The notes beneath the pieces were generated by a model. It saw only the letters and a list, made by a program, of their open reading frames with translations. It ran no database searches and was not told the DNA's origin. This document shows positions 1 through 14,152 of a DNA stretch of 64,000 nucleotides, piece after piece; the first letter of the stretch is position 1, and each line of letters begins with the position of its first letter. A program made the position numbers and the translations under genes. The DNA comes from the human T2T-CHM13v2.0 reference genome, Homo sapiens, in assembly GCF_009914755.1 (NCBI RefSeq), contig NC_060947.1. One strand, written 5' to 3'.

Positions 1-504
1 ACCTCACAAGGCCATTTGCTTCCTGCACTTACATCGAATCTATCAAAACTAGCCCTTAGTGACTCAGCCTAGAACAGACTTTTAGGGAATGTGCTGACAG
101 AGTCAGTAACTTACATGTATGTAAAATGACTGGCAGGGCTTAATATGTGAGCCTCCTGAAGGAAGTAATTTTTTGTTGTAGTTGTCATTTTGTTTGTTGC
201 TTGGTTGTTTTCCTTCTTCCTAGGAAAAGCATAAGAAGCAGAAATTGTATGTTACTTAACCAACAGTAGAGGGTTCTGTGATATTTTTATCTGGTCTGAC
301 CACTTTCGTGCATCACAAAATACTGGGAATCTCTATGCTGATGTGTACCCATTCTGAAAAATTAAAAAGTTTAAGTCATAGCAATTTTATGACCTTGTGG
401 CCAGCTGAAGGACTTTTTACTGAATCAGGCCAGGGTGAGCAAAGGACAAACATTCCAACAAGCTCTCTGTATTTGAATTTTCTGGTTTTCCCGAAGCCTG
501 TGCC

Positions 505-3385
505 ATGACTAGTCCTGCCTTCAACCTTCCCACAGCTTCCTGTTACCACTCTGACCTCATTTTCTAATACAGGCATACTTTAGAGATACTGCAGGTTAGG
601 TTCCAGACTACCATAATAAAGCCAATGTCATAATAAAATGAGTCACACAAATTTTTGGTTGCCCAGTGCATATAAAAGTCAGGTTTACACTATACTTGGG
701 TGTATTAAGTGTGCAACTACATTATGTCTAAAAAGACAATGTACACACTTTGATTTAAAAATAGCATATTGATAAATATGCTAACAATTACCTGAACCTT
801 TAGTGAGTCATAATTTATTTTCAGGTGGAGGGTCTTACCTCCGTGTGGATGGCTACGGACTACTGACTGACCAAAATTTTGGTTGCTGAAGGTTGGAGTG
901 GCTGTGTTAATTTCTTAAAATAAGACAGCAATGAAACTTGCTGCATTGATTGGCTCTCCTTTTGCAAAAGGTTTCTCTGTAGCATGTGATGCTATTTGAT
1001 AACATTTTACCCAAAGTAGAACTTCTTTCAAAGTTGGAGTTCAGTGTCTCAAATCCTGCCACTACTTTATCAACGAAGTTTATGGAATGTTCTAAATCCT
1101 TTGTTTTTATTTAAACAATGTTCACATCGTCTTCACCAGGAGTAGTTTCCATCTCAAGGAACCACTTTCTTTGCTTATTCATGAGAGGCGACTCCTCATC
1201 CATTCAAGTTTTACTAAGAGATGGCAGGAATTCAGTCACATCTTCGATCTCCACTTCTAATTCTAGTTATATTCTCATTTCCACCACATTTGCGGTTAAT
1301 TTCTCCACTGAAGTCTTGATGCCCTCAAAGTCATCCATAAGGGTTGAAATTAACTTCAATCAAACTCTTGTTAATGTTGATGTTTTGACTTTTTCCAATC
1401 AATTAAAAATGTTCTTAATAAGATCTATAATAATGAATCATTTCCAGAAGATTTTCAATTTACTTTGCCCAGATCCATCAGAGAAATAACAATTTATGGC
1501 AGCTTTAGCCTTAGGAAATATGCTTATTAGATAATAAGACTTGAAAATAAAAATTACTCTTTGATCCATGGGCTGCAGAATGGATGTTGTGTTAGCTGGC
1601 ATAAAGACAACATTAATTTCCTTGTACATATTCTTTAGAGTTATTGGGTAACCAGGCATTGTCAAAGAGCAGTAATATTTCAAAAATAATATTTTCTAGG
1701 TAAGGGGTCTCGACAATGGGCATAAAATATTCAGTAAATGATGCTATAAACAGATGTTTTCATCCAGGCTTTGTTGTTCCTTTTATAGTGCATAAGCACA
1801 GTAGATTTAGCATAAATTTTAAGGGTCCTAGGATTTTCAGAATGGTAAATAAACATTGGCTTCAGCTTAAAGTCAACAGATGCAGTAGCCTCTAACAAGG
1901 GAGTCAGTCTGTCCTTTAAAACTTCAAAGCCAGGTATGCACTTCCTCTCTAGCTGTGAAAGTCCTAGATGGCATTGTCTTCCAATAAAAAGCTGTTCCAT
2001 GTACATTAAAATCTGTTGTTTTGTGTAGTCACCTTCATCAATGATCTTGGCTAGAACTTCTGGATAACTGGCTGCAACTTTTACATCAGTACTTGCTGTT
2101 TCATCTTGCACTTTTATGTTATAGAGATGGTTTCTTGCTTTAAATCTAATGAACCAACTTCTGCTAGCTTCAAACTCTTCTTCTGCAGCATCCTCACTTT
2201 TCTGAGCCTTTATAGAATTGAAGAGTGTTAGCGCTTTGATCTATATTAGGCTTTGGCTTAATGGTATGTTGTGGCTGATTTGATCTTTTATTCAGACCAT
2301 TAAAACTTTCTCGATGTCAGCAATAAGGCTGTTTTGCTTTCTTATCATTTATGTGTTCACTGGAGTAGCAATTTTAATTTCCTTTGTTAACTTTTATTTT
2401 GCATTCACAACTGGGATAATTGTCACAAGAGGCCTAGCTTTTGGCCTGTCTTGGCTTCCAAAATGCCTTCCTTACTAAGCTTATCCGTTTCTAGTTTTTG
2501 ATTTAAAATGAGGGATGTGAGACTCTTCCTTTCACCTGAAGACTTAGAGGTCATTGTATGGTTATTAATTGGCCCAATTTTGCTATTGTCGTGCCTGGAG
2601 GAATAGGGAAGCGCAAGGAAAGGGAGAGAGAAGGGGAAAGGCCAGTTGGTGGAGCGGTCAGAACACACACACAACAATTATTAAGTCTTATATGGGTGTG
2701 GTTTATGGCGCCCCAAAACAATTACCATAGTTAACATCAATGATCACTCATCACAGATCATCGTAACAGATATAATAATGAAAACGTTTTGAAATATGGT
2801 GAGAATTATCAAAATGCAACATAGAGACACAAAGTGAGCAAATGCTTTTGAAAATATGGAGCCTATAGACTTGGTAGTTGCAGGGTTTTCATAAACCTAC
2901 AAACTGTATAAAATGCAATATCTGTGAAGCACACTAAAGCAAAAGACAGTAAAAATGGTATGCTTGTATTCTCCCCACATCATTCTGCTCTGTTTCCCTG
3001 TATAGGCCAGGTATGTTCCCGCCTTAGGGCCTTTTGTAGCAGTACCCTCTGCCTGGAATTGTTCCTCCGCAGACAGTAGCTTGACTATTCCCTTATCTTC
3101 TTCATGTTTTGGTTCTCATTCATAGTTAGAACTACCCTGAACACCTTAGTTAAAATTGCAACCTGCCTCTCTGTTTCCACACTTACATTTCTGATACTCT
3201 TTTTCCTGCTTTACTCATTATTGTACAGCAGTTATCATATTTTTACATACCATATAACTTATTTATGTTTACCATGTCTTTCTCCTAAAAAGCGAGAGTG
3301 GGATTTTGATAATTATTGTTGTATTTATGGCATCTGGAATCATGCTCAACACATAGTAGATAATCAATAGTTACATTAATTAACT
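505..3385 (+). mobile_element. L2 (LINE-2) 3' fragment split by the Tigger1 insertion
   Basis: L2-like text runs across the TA site (ctctgacctcattttctaata | ttctccccacatcattctgctc...gccttagggcctttt...ccctctgcctggaa) and ends in an L2 tail (acacatagtagataatcaata). Ends approximate. Confidence 0.75.
570..2966 (-). mobile_element. Full-length Tigger1 DNA transposon (TcMar-Tigger) with decayed pogo-like transposase
   Basis: Terminal inverted repeats CAGGCATAC (570) and GTATGCTTG (ends 2966), TA on both sides (568-569, 2967-2968), length ~2.4 kb. Minus-strand ORF pieces 2423-2677 (MTSKSSGERKSLTSLILNQKLE), 1731-2111 and 1438-1683 ([17 protein letters not shown]) match Tigger1/TIGD1 transposase, broken by frameshifts and stops. 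Confidence 0.97.
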
Positions 3386-4894
3386 ATGTTAAATGCTTTT
3401 TAATAATAAAAGGGCATACAATATAATTGAACAGCCCTTTATTATACAAGACTATTTCTAATCTATATATATTCATCCTGAACCTGACATTTTGGTATTA
3501 AAAAAATCGACCTGCTCAGACTTAAGAGACTTGTAAGAACTTTTGTTTGTCTTGGAGATTGAGACACTACTATATGTATTACATATCTTTCTTCTATTGC
3601 CATTTGTAATAGATATTATATATTTCCTACTTTAGTTGTCTTTTCAGATAATAGGAAAGGTTAAAATTTAGTTTTTAATGATATCCAATATGCTTATGAA
3701 CAAAAATGTAAAAAACGTTCTCTTCACTTCCACTGGTCAGATACACTTAGTCATGATTCTGTCGTACCATGGCTATTCTCTCCCGTAAATGCGCTTATCT
3801 TTTCTTGCCCAGAGCAGCCCTTCCTCATAATACCTTGTTAACATTTAAAATGGCTGACTTAAGTCAGGAGATAAACTGTTAAGGAGGGGAGTTGCAACTC
3901 TGGAAATAATAGAATGCAAACTCTCACTTTATTTTCACTAACTTGTAGAGAAGACTGATTATATTTGAAGAAAGGTAGTCAATAGTTGCTGGAAGGAAAA
4001 GTAACAAAAAAAATCAATTCTAGCTGTCTCTAAGAAGGAAAGTAAATCTGAAAAACAAATGTTCATTCGGGGTTCCTAACCCTAAGAGGGCACATGAAGG
4101 GAGTCATAGTCTGTTAATCCCAGAGATACCAATTCCACAGATTGGGAAATTCAGGAATACCATATTGTTAAGAACTTATCGAAATAATTTTCAGAGCAAA
4201 CAGTGAAAATGTTTGCTCGCTTTGGACTGTTCATCTCAAAGGAGCCTTGGAGGTGCAATACTACAAATCCACAAAATCTCAAAGGCAAGGCTAAAGGCAA
4301 AAAAAGAGAAGGGTTTTGGTTTACACAAGCTGACAGTAACTACATGATATTCTCACTTCTTCTTTCTCAAAGCCCTAACATGAAAATCAATAGAGGACAT
4401 GCCACCAAGATTTACTAGACGATTAGTCAAAATAAAATGTAAGGAAGCAGAATTGGCTGGACTCATTCAGGCTAGAGAAGATGACCAGATTTCTGCGATG
4501 GATAGTTACTCTTTTAAGAATTATTAAAAGAAAGATGACATCTACCTATTTTTGTTTGAAAAGAAACAGATTTAAGCTAAGGACAAAGTAGAAAATTTAG
4601 CAAGAAAGATGTCCTTTCTTTTAGAGATCAGTAAGTCCTCAGATGTTATGATTTAATGTCCAGATGGGTGTATCTCTTGCCCTGAAAAGTTACTTGAACA
4701 GTTTTCCCATGTTCCTGTGCTTGAGGATTAACTCGTGAAGAGGATGAATGCTTAGGCACTTTTGATTCAATACAGGCATTTGTGTTCCACATCACTCCTA
4801 TCTCTTACTTTTCTGTCTCTTTCATTTCTTGCAGTAAGTGCTAGTATTGCTTTGTGAAATTCTACTTTCCAACCTCTTCATTCCAATATTAAGA

Positions 4895-5262
4895 AACATA
4901 TTCACCAAGTATTGCTCATGTGCCTAGACAATAAGGATACATATTGAGATGGGTAAAACAGACAAGACTCTGTCATCATGGGACTTATATTGGGATAAGA
5001 TGACAAGAGAAAGGGAATCTACAACATAATTGAATACAGCAAGTAGTAGTATGATGAACAGGGTGCTGTGGTGGGCAGCGATGGGGTGTGTGTGTGTGTG
5101 TGTGTGTGTGTGCATGGGGTGAGGTTGAGTTCTGATAGGGAGTCAGAAAAGGCCTCTCTGAGGCAGTGACTGGTGAACTGAGACCTAAAAAAATGAGCAG
5201 AAAGCATTTCTGTAAAGAGACAGGAGAAGGCAGAAGAAAGAACATGCTCAAAGGCCTGGAGC
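4895..5262 (-). mobile_element. L2 fragment containing a (GT)n microsatellite
   Basis: Reverse L2 motifs gtcagaaaaggcctctctgaggcagtgac and aacatgctcaaaggcctggag. Confidence 0.7.
5086..5112. repeat. (GT)n microsatellite
   Basis: About 13 perfect GT units. Confidence 0.95.
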
Positions 5263-5559
5263 TAATCTCTTAGTCTGCAATCCCAGGCCTCCTCAATATC
5301 AGTGTATTTAATTTGACTTTTTAAAAAACCCACATGTATCCTCTGATAAAATGGATATATAAAACTTGGGCATTTTCCCCAAAAGGCAAGCAGTCATCCC
5401 AAACAAAAATTGAGATTGAGTTGTAAGAATTAATATTTTATTAAGTCAAACATTCAGGGATAGTTGCTAATCATGACGCACTGGAGCAGAGATCTGAAGT
5501 TTCACTTTTCATTCTGATTTGAACAGAGGGTGATAATAGAATACAGTATGAGACATTTC

Positions 5560-5805
5560 TGTTGATGGGTAAGAATCATCACTCTGAAACAAGGCTGCCT
5601 GAATCTGGATCCTGGCTCTACCGCTTTCCAGGTCAGTGGTCCTGAACAAGTTATTGAAAACTGCTCTGAGCTTTGATGTCATCATCCGTAAAGCATGGAT
5701 AATATGGATAATACTTCAGAGAGTTGTTGTAATAATTAAATGTGTTTATATTTGTAAAGCACAAAGAACAGTACCTGACACACAGCAACTATTAAAAAAG
5801 TGTTA
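5560..5805 (+). mobile_element. MIR SINE
   Basis: ggatcctggctctaccgc...gaacaagttattgaa...gtaaagcacaaagaacagtacctgacacacag resembles the MIR core and tail. Confidence 0.8.
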
Positions 5806-6450
5806 AGTAACAATAAAATGAAACAATTATTTATTATGAATAACCTGAGATAAATGTTGGTGCAGACTATAAAATGTCTTTATAATGCTTGCTGCAGGAG
5901 ACTTATTTGACACGTTATGGATTAAAAATACATTACTGCAAATCTATAATTATGTATGAGTTTAATAAAAGTTTTCCTTTATATTCCCCATAAAGGGTAT
6001 GGTAAGTAAATTATTAATGTAAAGAAGTATGCTGTGTATGTTAAAGTTTCTTAAGGGATATACTAATTACTAACTAGTATTATATTTTCGTTTAATTTAT
6101 TTGACCACATTCTATAACATTTTACGTTATAATAATTTACACCTAAAACTGTCATTATAATTGTATTTAAAATATACATATAATTTGTATGTGTCAATCT
6201 AACTTTGTGTATTCACTTCTCATTATTATACATATAACTTATGTAAAAAAAAAAAAACAGAAGACAAGATATCTCGGGTTAGGCAATTTCCAATGTGGTG
6301 TGTTTTCTAAATTAAAAGCAGACTCTCAGTTTTCTTTTTTCTTCCACTCCAATCCTAAACACAACACAAAGATCATAGAATTTTTTAAGTGTTGAGAAGT
6401 ACTATACCTAACATATGCTTCCTGAAACTCTCAGACGTCATATCTTTATG

Positions 6451-6849
6451 TGTATTAGTCCATTCTTGCACTACTGTAAAGACATACCCGAGACCGGGTA
6501 ATTTATAAAGAAAAGAGGTTTAATGAATTGGCTCATGGTTCTGTAGGCTGTACAGGAAGCATAGCAGCTTCTGCTTCTGGAGAGGCCTCAGGGAACTTAC
6601 TCGTGGCGGAAGGCAAAGCAGGAGCAGGTGTCCTACATGTCAGAAGCAACAAGAAGGGGGGTGTGTGGGGGAGCTGCTGCACACTTGTAAACAACCAGAT
6701 CTCAGGATAACTCTCTCACTGTTGCCATGACAACGCCAAAGGGGTGATGTGAAACCATTAGAAACCACTCCCACCAGGCCCCACCTCCAACACTGGGGAT
6801 TAAAATTCAACATGAAATTTGGGCGGGGACACAGATCCACACAATATCA
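6451..6849 (-). mobile_element. MSTA-type ERVL-MaLR solo LTR
   Basis: Starts tgtattagtcc and ends gggacacagatccacacaatatca (TG...CA on the minus strand). Contains aatttataaagaaaagaggtttaat and aggctgtacaggaagcat. Confidence 0.9.
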
Positions 6850-8869
6850 CCATGTCTGACATTCTTGCCGTGGTGTCAGTGCCAGGAATCACGGAACATC
6901 TGAACATCTCGCCATGCACCTCATCCTGCAAGAAGACAGTTCTGCTTAATATTGTGAATAACTAATTTTCAGTCATTTGTGTAATTATTTTTCTTTCTCT
7001 CTTTCTTACATGATATCTACACAAAGCAACATTGTGAGGATTCAGCAAGTCTAGAATTATAATCCCTAATATTTATTTTTTAAGTAAAGGATGGGATGTC
7101 TGCTAATTTCAAGTCAGCACCAAACTGGGTATGTAAACCTTGCTCATGTGTCCTATGTACTGTTGTAGTGAGACTCTTGTCCCTGTTTATGAATCCTATT
7201 ATGGTCATAGTTCGGTCTTTCATGTCGTATCAAATCTCTCACCATGTGCGGGCCTTCGGGGATGGTGGCATGTGTCACTGTACGAGTGTTTGCAACTTTT
7301 CAAACAAGCTTGTTAACACTGAGTCATCTGCCTACTTAAAACCCTGAAAATATATTCAGATTTTTTTTCCTGATTCCTGGTAAATTAAAGCTTAAAAAAA
7401 AAAAGACCTGGCTGTCAATCAACTATAATTAAATACACCAAGATCTATCAGATGCAAAGGACCCCTTGTGCTTATGTGGACCATGGATATCCACACTGTG
7501 GACTGAGGAATTTGTCATGTAAGAGAATAGCCACTGGCATAATCTGGAGGGAACAAATGCTTTGGCTTTGATTTTCATCTGATTATCTTTCCCATATACC
7601 TCATAAGGGCTGATGGACCTGGAACCAGATTAGTGCATAGCCACCTCAAAGGCTGCGTAGTTCCTGTCATAAATTTTGTGCAGCTTTTTTGCTTTCAGTG
7701 CCAGCCACTTAATTCTAGCACCATTTAACCATTCCAAAATAGCTATTGTGTCTTTATTACGTAACAGGCACTTGGCTTGGCATGGGGGAACATGTTGATG
7801 AGCAAGACATGGTTCCCGCATTCAACATCTTCCATGGATAAGCAGGAATGATATGTATGTAAATAGTCTTATTCAAAGCATAATGCAGTGAATACTAAGT
7901 TATTATAATATTCTAAGAATACTAAAAACAGAGACAAGCAACGGTTTTATGGCAAGGTCAGAGAGGATAGAGGAGCGAGAAGTAGGGATCAAGATGGCAC
8001 TTTCTAAGGTTATCGGCTAAATGATCCTGAAAGTCTCTTTCAAACTCTGTTTCTATGAAAATTCTCATCTCATCTGTTAACTGTAATCACTGCTGACCTC
8101 CCATTCAGTAGCGCTCCATATACTTGAAACCCGGTATTAAGACCCTAGGAGAAGAGTAGACTTTTTACCAATAATTGAGAAAGAATAGAGTGTGATGACT
8201 TTGGAGCAAGTATTCAACACTTAGCCTTTGTCCCATTAAGCCTCAACTAGGTTGGAAGAAAGAGAGAAGAGAAAAATAATAAGGAATTTCAAGCTGATAA
8301 GCACTGGGGAAGTCAGGGTAAAATAGGTAATTTGGGAGCCAAAACCAATGGATATCACATGCTTTAAGAAGACAGTAGTGCTCTTCACTAATGGAAGAAT
8401 GACAGCGAGAGAAGAGACAAGGCATGGAGCCTGAAGGATATCACAGTAAAGTGGAGAATGGAGCACACTTAACTCCAAAGCAATTGACAAACGGGCATCT
8501 ATGTGAATCATTAGGAAGTATGCTTAATATGTTCCCACACTTTGACAAGGCATTTTTACCTGGTTGTTTCCAAAACAGATTCCATAATATCTTAAGTGAT
8601 CCAACTGGCTTGTGGTTCAGCATCTTCAAATCATCGATAGTTATAATCCACAGACATTATCATACTAATATATAAGATGCTTTCAATGTGATAAAAAAGA
8701 AAATGTCACTCAGTAATTTCAGATACAGTACCTACTCATGCATAGGCTTGATTTGCTCTGCTTATCACCTATAGAGAATTTACAATGACATGTTCCTGTT
8801 TGCTTCTTGGCTTGCCTCATCCTCTGGATTTTTATGGACATCACCCCTCATTTGCACTCTGTTCACCCA

Positions 8870-9172
8870 GCTCATAGTCATCATTCATTCAGGTCTTAAA
8901 TTCTATGTTAAATCTAATCAGCCTTCCCAGGCCTTCAGGTGTAGGTCAGGCACATCTCTAATCAGCTATCCTAACACTTTGTAATTTTCTTTTATGTCAC
9001 ATGAAAAATGAAGTTATAAAATCACATATGTGATCATTTAAAGTCTGTTTCCTTCACATCTTTCTCAATTAGATCGTAAGCTCCATGAGGGCAAGGGCCA
9101 CTATGTTCTCAGGCTTTATCAGAAAGACTGACACATGATAGGTACTAATTCTATCTTTGTTGAGTAAATAAA
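8870..9172 (+). mobile_element. L2 3' fragment
   Basis: gtaagctccatgagggcaaggg...acacatgataggtactaa...tgttgagtaaataaa. Confidence 0.7.
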
Positions 9173-9649
9173 ACTTTCAAATTTAATGGAATTATCAGAC
9201 CAAAAATGTATGGATATATATGAGGTTCTTGACACACAGTTGCTGGTTTGATTAAACAATAGATTATATAATTAAACATATTGTATGGGGGTGCTTATTT
9301 TACCATGTGCTCTCAGAATTGTTATATTTTTGAGTAGAATTTATCATTCTCATTATTTAAGTCTAGGAATATTTAAAATATTTTTATTTAGAAAAAAATC
9401 TTTTTATGATATGACTATGGTATTTTGACATAAGCATGATCACAGCAACATTATTCGAACTGGCCCAATTTCACTGTCATCAATACTAGGTATTTCTGGT
9501 CACTTTGGTGAAGCTGGAACCAATATTCTAAAAGCGTTGTGTGCCTATTTGGTTTAATTGAGATTATTGTGTTGAACATATGCTCTAGCTCATTAAATTT
9601 TCTTTGTTCTTAAGAATCAAACTAAATATTACTTTTGTCTCACCTCTTT

Positions 9650-10447
9650 TACAACTTTTGAAATGTTATGTGATAGAAAAAAATTAGATTCCTATCTCAG
9701 ACTATAAATCAACATTGATTCTATATAAAATAAAAAGTTAAAGTTAAGAAAAGAAAAACTAAAGAAATACAAAAATTAACAACAATTTTTCTAAGTGTTC
9801 ATACTACTTCAATACATTCTAGAATATCATTGTAGTATACATTTCAAATCATTTATAAAGTAGAAACTTATAATCTCCCCCAGTAGAGGGAAATACTTAT
9901 AATATATGTGATTGGCAAATAGTTAATTAATCTATTATACAAAACCACTTAAAAGATTAATTAGCAATAACACAAGAGGAAAAAAGACAAGGAATGTGGG
10001 AATAATTTCACAAAATATCTAAATAAATGGCTTAAATATGAAACCATGTATAATTCACTAGAAATTCAATGAATGCAGACTTAAAAAATGAAGTAATATT
10101 TTTGAATATGAAATTGTCAGAAAGAAATGGAAAAAGATGCCCACACCAAAATCTGTAATCACATATTCATTATTTTGCTATTATTTATAATGTCCAAAAA
10201 GTAGAAACAATCTAATGTTTATATCAACTAATGAATGGATAAATAAAACAAAATGTGTCCATACAAAGGAATATTTATTATTTGGCAATAAAAACAAACG
10301 AAGTAATTATACATACTACAACACAAATGATTCCTGAAATTACTATGTTAAGAAAGAAGCCAGTCACAAAAAACCACATATTGTATGATCCTATTTATAT
10401 TCAGTATCCCTTATAGGAGAATCTGTAGAGACAGAAATAGATTTCTT
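9650..10447 (+). mobile_element. Old L1 (L1MB-like) 3' region, left part; resumes at 15394
   Basis: gaatggataaataaaa...aagaagccagtcacaaaaaaccacatattgtatgatcc...tagagacagaaatag is an L1MB-type 3'UTR. Confidence 0.8.
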
Positions 10448-13103
10448 TTTATTAAAAAAAACTTATTTTAGTTAATGGGTTCATGTACAGGTTTTTTATA
10501 TATAACCTATATATGACCTATAGGTAACAATATATGGTAAACATATGTTATGGGAGTTTGTTGGACAGATTATTTCATCACCTAGTTATTAAGCCTAGTA
10601 CCCAATAGTTACTTTTTCTGCTCCTCTCCCTCCTCCTGCTATCCACCCTAAGGTAGGCACCAGTATCCATTGTTCCCCGTTTTGTGTCCATGTGTTCTCA
10701 TAATTTAGCTCTCACCAAGTGAGAACACGCGGTGTTTGGTTTCCTGATCCTGCATTAGTTTGTTGAGGATAATGGCCTCTGTATTTCTTTGGGTAATATA
10801 CCCAGTATTGGGCTCACTGGGTGGAACTGTAGTTCTGTTTTTAGCCCTTTGGGGAATTCCCCCACTGCTTTCCACAATGGTTGGACTAATTTATTTTCCC
10901 ACAAACGTTGTGTAAGTGTTCCCTTTTCTACGCAACCTTGCCAGCATCTGTTATTTTTTGACTTTTTAATAATAGCCATTCTGACTAGTGTGAGATGGTA
11001 TTATTTCATTGTGGCTTTGATTTACATTTCTCTAATGATCAGTGGTGTTGAGCTTTTTTTCATATGCTTATTGGCTACATGTATGTCTTCTTTTGAAAAG
11101 TGCCTGTTCATGCCCTTTGCCCACTTTTTAATGGGGTTGGTTGTTTCTTTCTTGTAAATTTGCTTAAGTTCTTTATAAAGGCTGAATATTAGACCTTTGT
11201 CAGTTGCATAGTTTGCAAAAATTTTCTCCCATTCTGTAGGTTGTCTGTTTGCTCTGTTGATAGTTTCTTTTGCTGTGCAGAAGTTCTTTAGTTTAATTAG
11301 ATCTCATTTGTCAATTTTGGCATTTGTGGCAATTACTTTCGGCATCTTCGTGATGAAATCTTTGCCAGTTCCTGTGTTCAGAATGGTATTGCCTAAGTTG
11401 TCATCCATGGTTTTCATTGTTTGGTTTTACATCTAAGTCTTTGATTCATCCTGGGTTGGTTTTTGTGTATGGTGTGAGGAAGGGGTCCAGCTTCAATCTT
11501 CTGCATATAACTAACCAGTTATCCCAGCACCATTTACTGAATGGGGAGTCATTTTTCCCATTGTTTTGTTTTTTTTGTCAGCCTTATTGAAGAGCAGATG
11601 GTTTTAGTTGTGCAGCATATAGACCGAGTTTTCTGTTTTGTTTTATTGGTCTGTGTGTTTGTTTTTGTATCAGTACCATGCTGTTTGGTTACTGTAGCCC
11701 TGTAGTATGGTTTGAATTTGGGTAGTATGATGGCTCCTGCTTTGTTCATTTTGCTTAGAATTGCCTTGGCTATTTGAGCTCTTTTTGGTTCCATGTGAGT
11801 TTTTAAATAGTTTATTCTATTTCTTTGCAGAATATCATTGGTAGTTTGATAGGAATAGCACTGAATATGTAAATTGCTTTGGGCAGTATAGACATTTTAA
11901 TAATATTGATTGTTCCTGTCCATGTGGATGGAATGTTTTTCATTTATTTGTGTCATCTCTGATTTCTTTGAGAAATGTTTTGTAATTCTCATTATAGAGA
12001 TATTTCACCTCCCTGGTTACCTGTATTCCTAGGTATTTTATTCTTTTTGTGGCAATTGTAAATGTGATTGCCTTCCTGATTTGTCTCTCAGCTTGGCTGT
12101 TGTTGGTTTACAGGAATGCTAGTGACTTTTGTACATTGATTTTGTATCTGGAAACTTTGCTGAAGTTGCTTATAAGCTGAAAGAGCTTTTGGGCCAAGAC
12201 TATAGGGTTTTCTAGATACATAATAATTTCATCTGCAAGTAGGGATATTTTGACTGTCTTTCTTACTGTATGGATGCCTGTTATTTCTTTCTCTTGCTGA
12301 TTGCTCTGGCCAGAACTTCCAATACTATGTTGAATAGGAGTGCTGAGAAAGGGCATTCTTGTCTTGTGCTGGTTTTTGAGGGGAATGCTTCTAATTCTTG
12401 CCCACTTAGCATAATGTTGGCTGTGAATTTGTCATAGATGGCTCTTATTATTTTGAGATATCTGCCTCCAATAACTAGTTTGTTGGGATTTTTTTAACAC
12501 GAAGGAATGTTGAATTTTATTAAAAGCCTTTTCTGCATCTATTAAGGTAATCAAGTGCTTTCTGTCTTTAGTTCTGTTTATGTGCTGAATCATGTTTATT
12601 GCTTTGTATATATTGAACCAACCTTGCACCCCAAGGATAAAGCCTACTTGGTGATGGTGGATTAGCTCTTTGATGTGCTGCTGGATTTGGTTTGCTAGTA
12701 TTTTGTTGAGAATTTTTGTATCAATGTACATCAAGGATATTGACCCGAACTTTTCTTTTTGTGTTGTGTTTCTGCCATATTTTGGCATCAGGATGATGTT
12801 GGCATCACAGAATGAGTTGGAGTGGAGTCCCTTCTCCTCAGTTTTTTAGAATAGTTCAAGCTGGAATGCTACTAGCTTTTCTTTGTACATCTGGTAGAAT
12901 TTGGGTCTGAATCTGTCTGGTCTTGGTCTTTTTATGGTTCATAGGGTATTTATTACTGATTAAAATTTTAAGCTCTTTGTTGGTCTGTTCAGATTCAATT
13001 TCTTCTTAATCAAGTCTTTGTAGGGTGTATGTGTCCAGAAATTTACCCATTTCTACTAGATTTTCTAGTTTCTTTGTATAGAGATATTCATAGTAGTCTT
13101 TGA
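10448..13103 (-). mobile_element. L1PA13-16-like element, 3'UTR and ORF2 (RT) segment
   Basis: Reverse L1 3' end and ORF2 pieces (ORFs 10755-10979, 11549-11794, 12108-12356, 12432-12788 with [16 protein letters not shown]...[11 protein letters not shown]). Left TSD copy at 10430-10447. Confidence 0.92.
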
Positions 13104-13196
13104 TACAACACAATGATAGGATCAAATCCACATATATCAACACTAACCTTGAATGTAAATGGGCTAAATTCCCCACTTAAAAGGCACCGAGTTTCC

Positions 13197-14003
13197 AAAC
13201 AATTTTACAAGAAATAAACAAACTACCCCCATCAAAAAGCGGACAAAGGATGTGAACAGACACTTCTCAAAAGAAGATATCTATGCAGACAACAGACACA
13301 TGAAAAAATGCTCATCATCACTGGTCATTAGAGAAATGCAAATCAAAACCACAATGAGATACCATCTCACACCAGTTAGAATGGCAATCATTAAAAAGTC
13401 AGGAAACAACAGATGCTGGAGAAGATGTGGAGAAATAGGAACAGTTTTACACTGCTGGTGGGAGTGTAAATTAGTTCAACCATTGTGGAAGACAGTGTGG
13501 TGATTCCTCAAGGATCTAGAACTAGAATTACCATTTGACCCGGCAATCCCATTACTGGGTATATACCCAAAGGATTATAAATCATGCTACTATAAAGACA
13601 CATGCACACATATGTTTATTGTGGCACTATTCACAATAGCAAAGACTTGGAACCAACCCAAATTTCCATCAATGATAGACTGGATTAAGAAAATGAGTTC
13701 CTTTGCAGGGACATGGATGAAGCTGGAAACCGTCATTCTCAGCAAGCTATCACAAGGACAGAAAACCAAACACCGCATGTTCTCACTCATACGTGGGAAT
13801 TGAACGATGAGATCACTTGGACACAAGGCAGGGAACATCACACACTGGGGCCTGTCAGGGGATGGGGGGCTGGGGGAGGGATAGCATTAGGAGAAATACC
13901 TAATGTAAACAACGAGTTGATGGGTGCAGCAAACCAACATGGCACACGTATACCTATGTATCAAACCTGCACATTGTGCACATGCACCCTTGAACTTAAA
14001 GTA
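13197..14003 (+). mobile_element. 5'-truncated L1PA5/6-like element nested in the older L1
   Basis: ORF2 C-terminus ([11 protein letters not shown]...[13 protein letters not shown]) plus 3'UTR ending gaacttaaagtat. Approximate TSD aggcaccgagtttccaa (13182-13198) / aggcactgatttccaa (14151-14166). Confidence 0.93.
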
Positions 14004-14010
14004 TATATAT

Positions 14011-14045
<35 letters not shown>

Positions 14046-14105
14046 CACACACACATATACATATATATACACACATATATACATGTATGTATATACACAT
14101 ATGTG

Positions 14106-14151
<46 letters not shown>
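14002..14151. repeat. Compound microsatellite (TA)n(GATA)n(CA/TA)n(TA)n(GA)n in place of an L1 poly(A) tail
   Basis: Directly visible between the L1 3' end and its downstream TSD copy. Confidence 0.95.

Positions 14152-14152
<1 letters not shown>

Noticed and set aside
59-68. GTGACTCAGC AP-1/ARE-like motif
   Set aside because: A single short motif at the window edge with no context to test.
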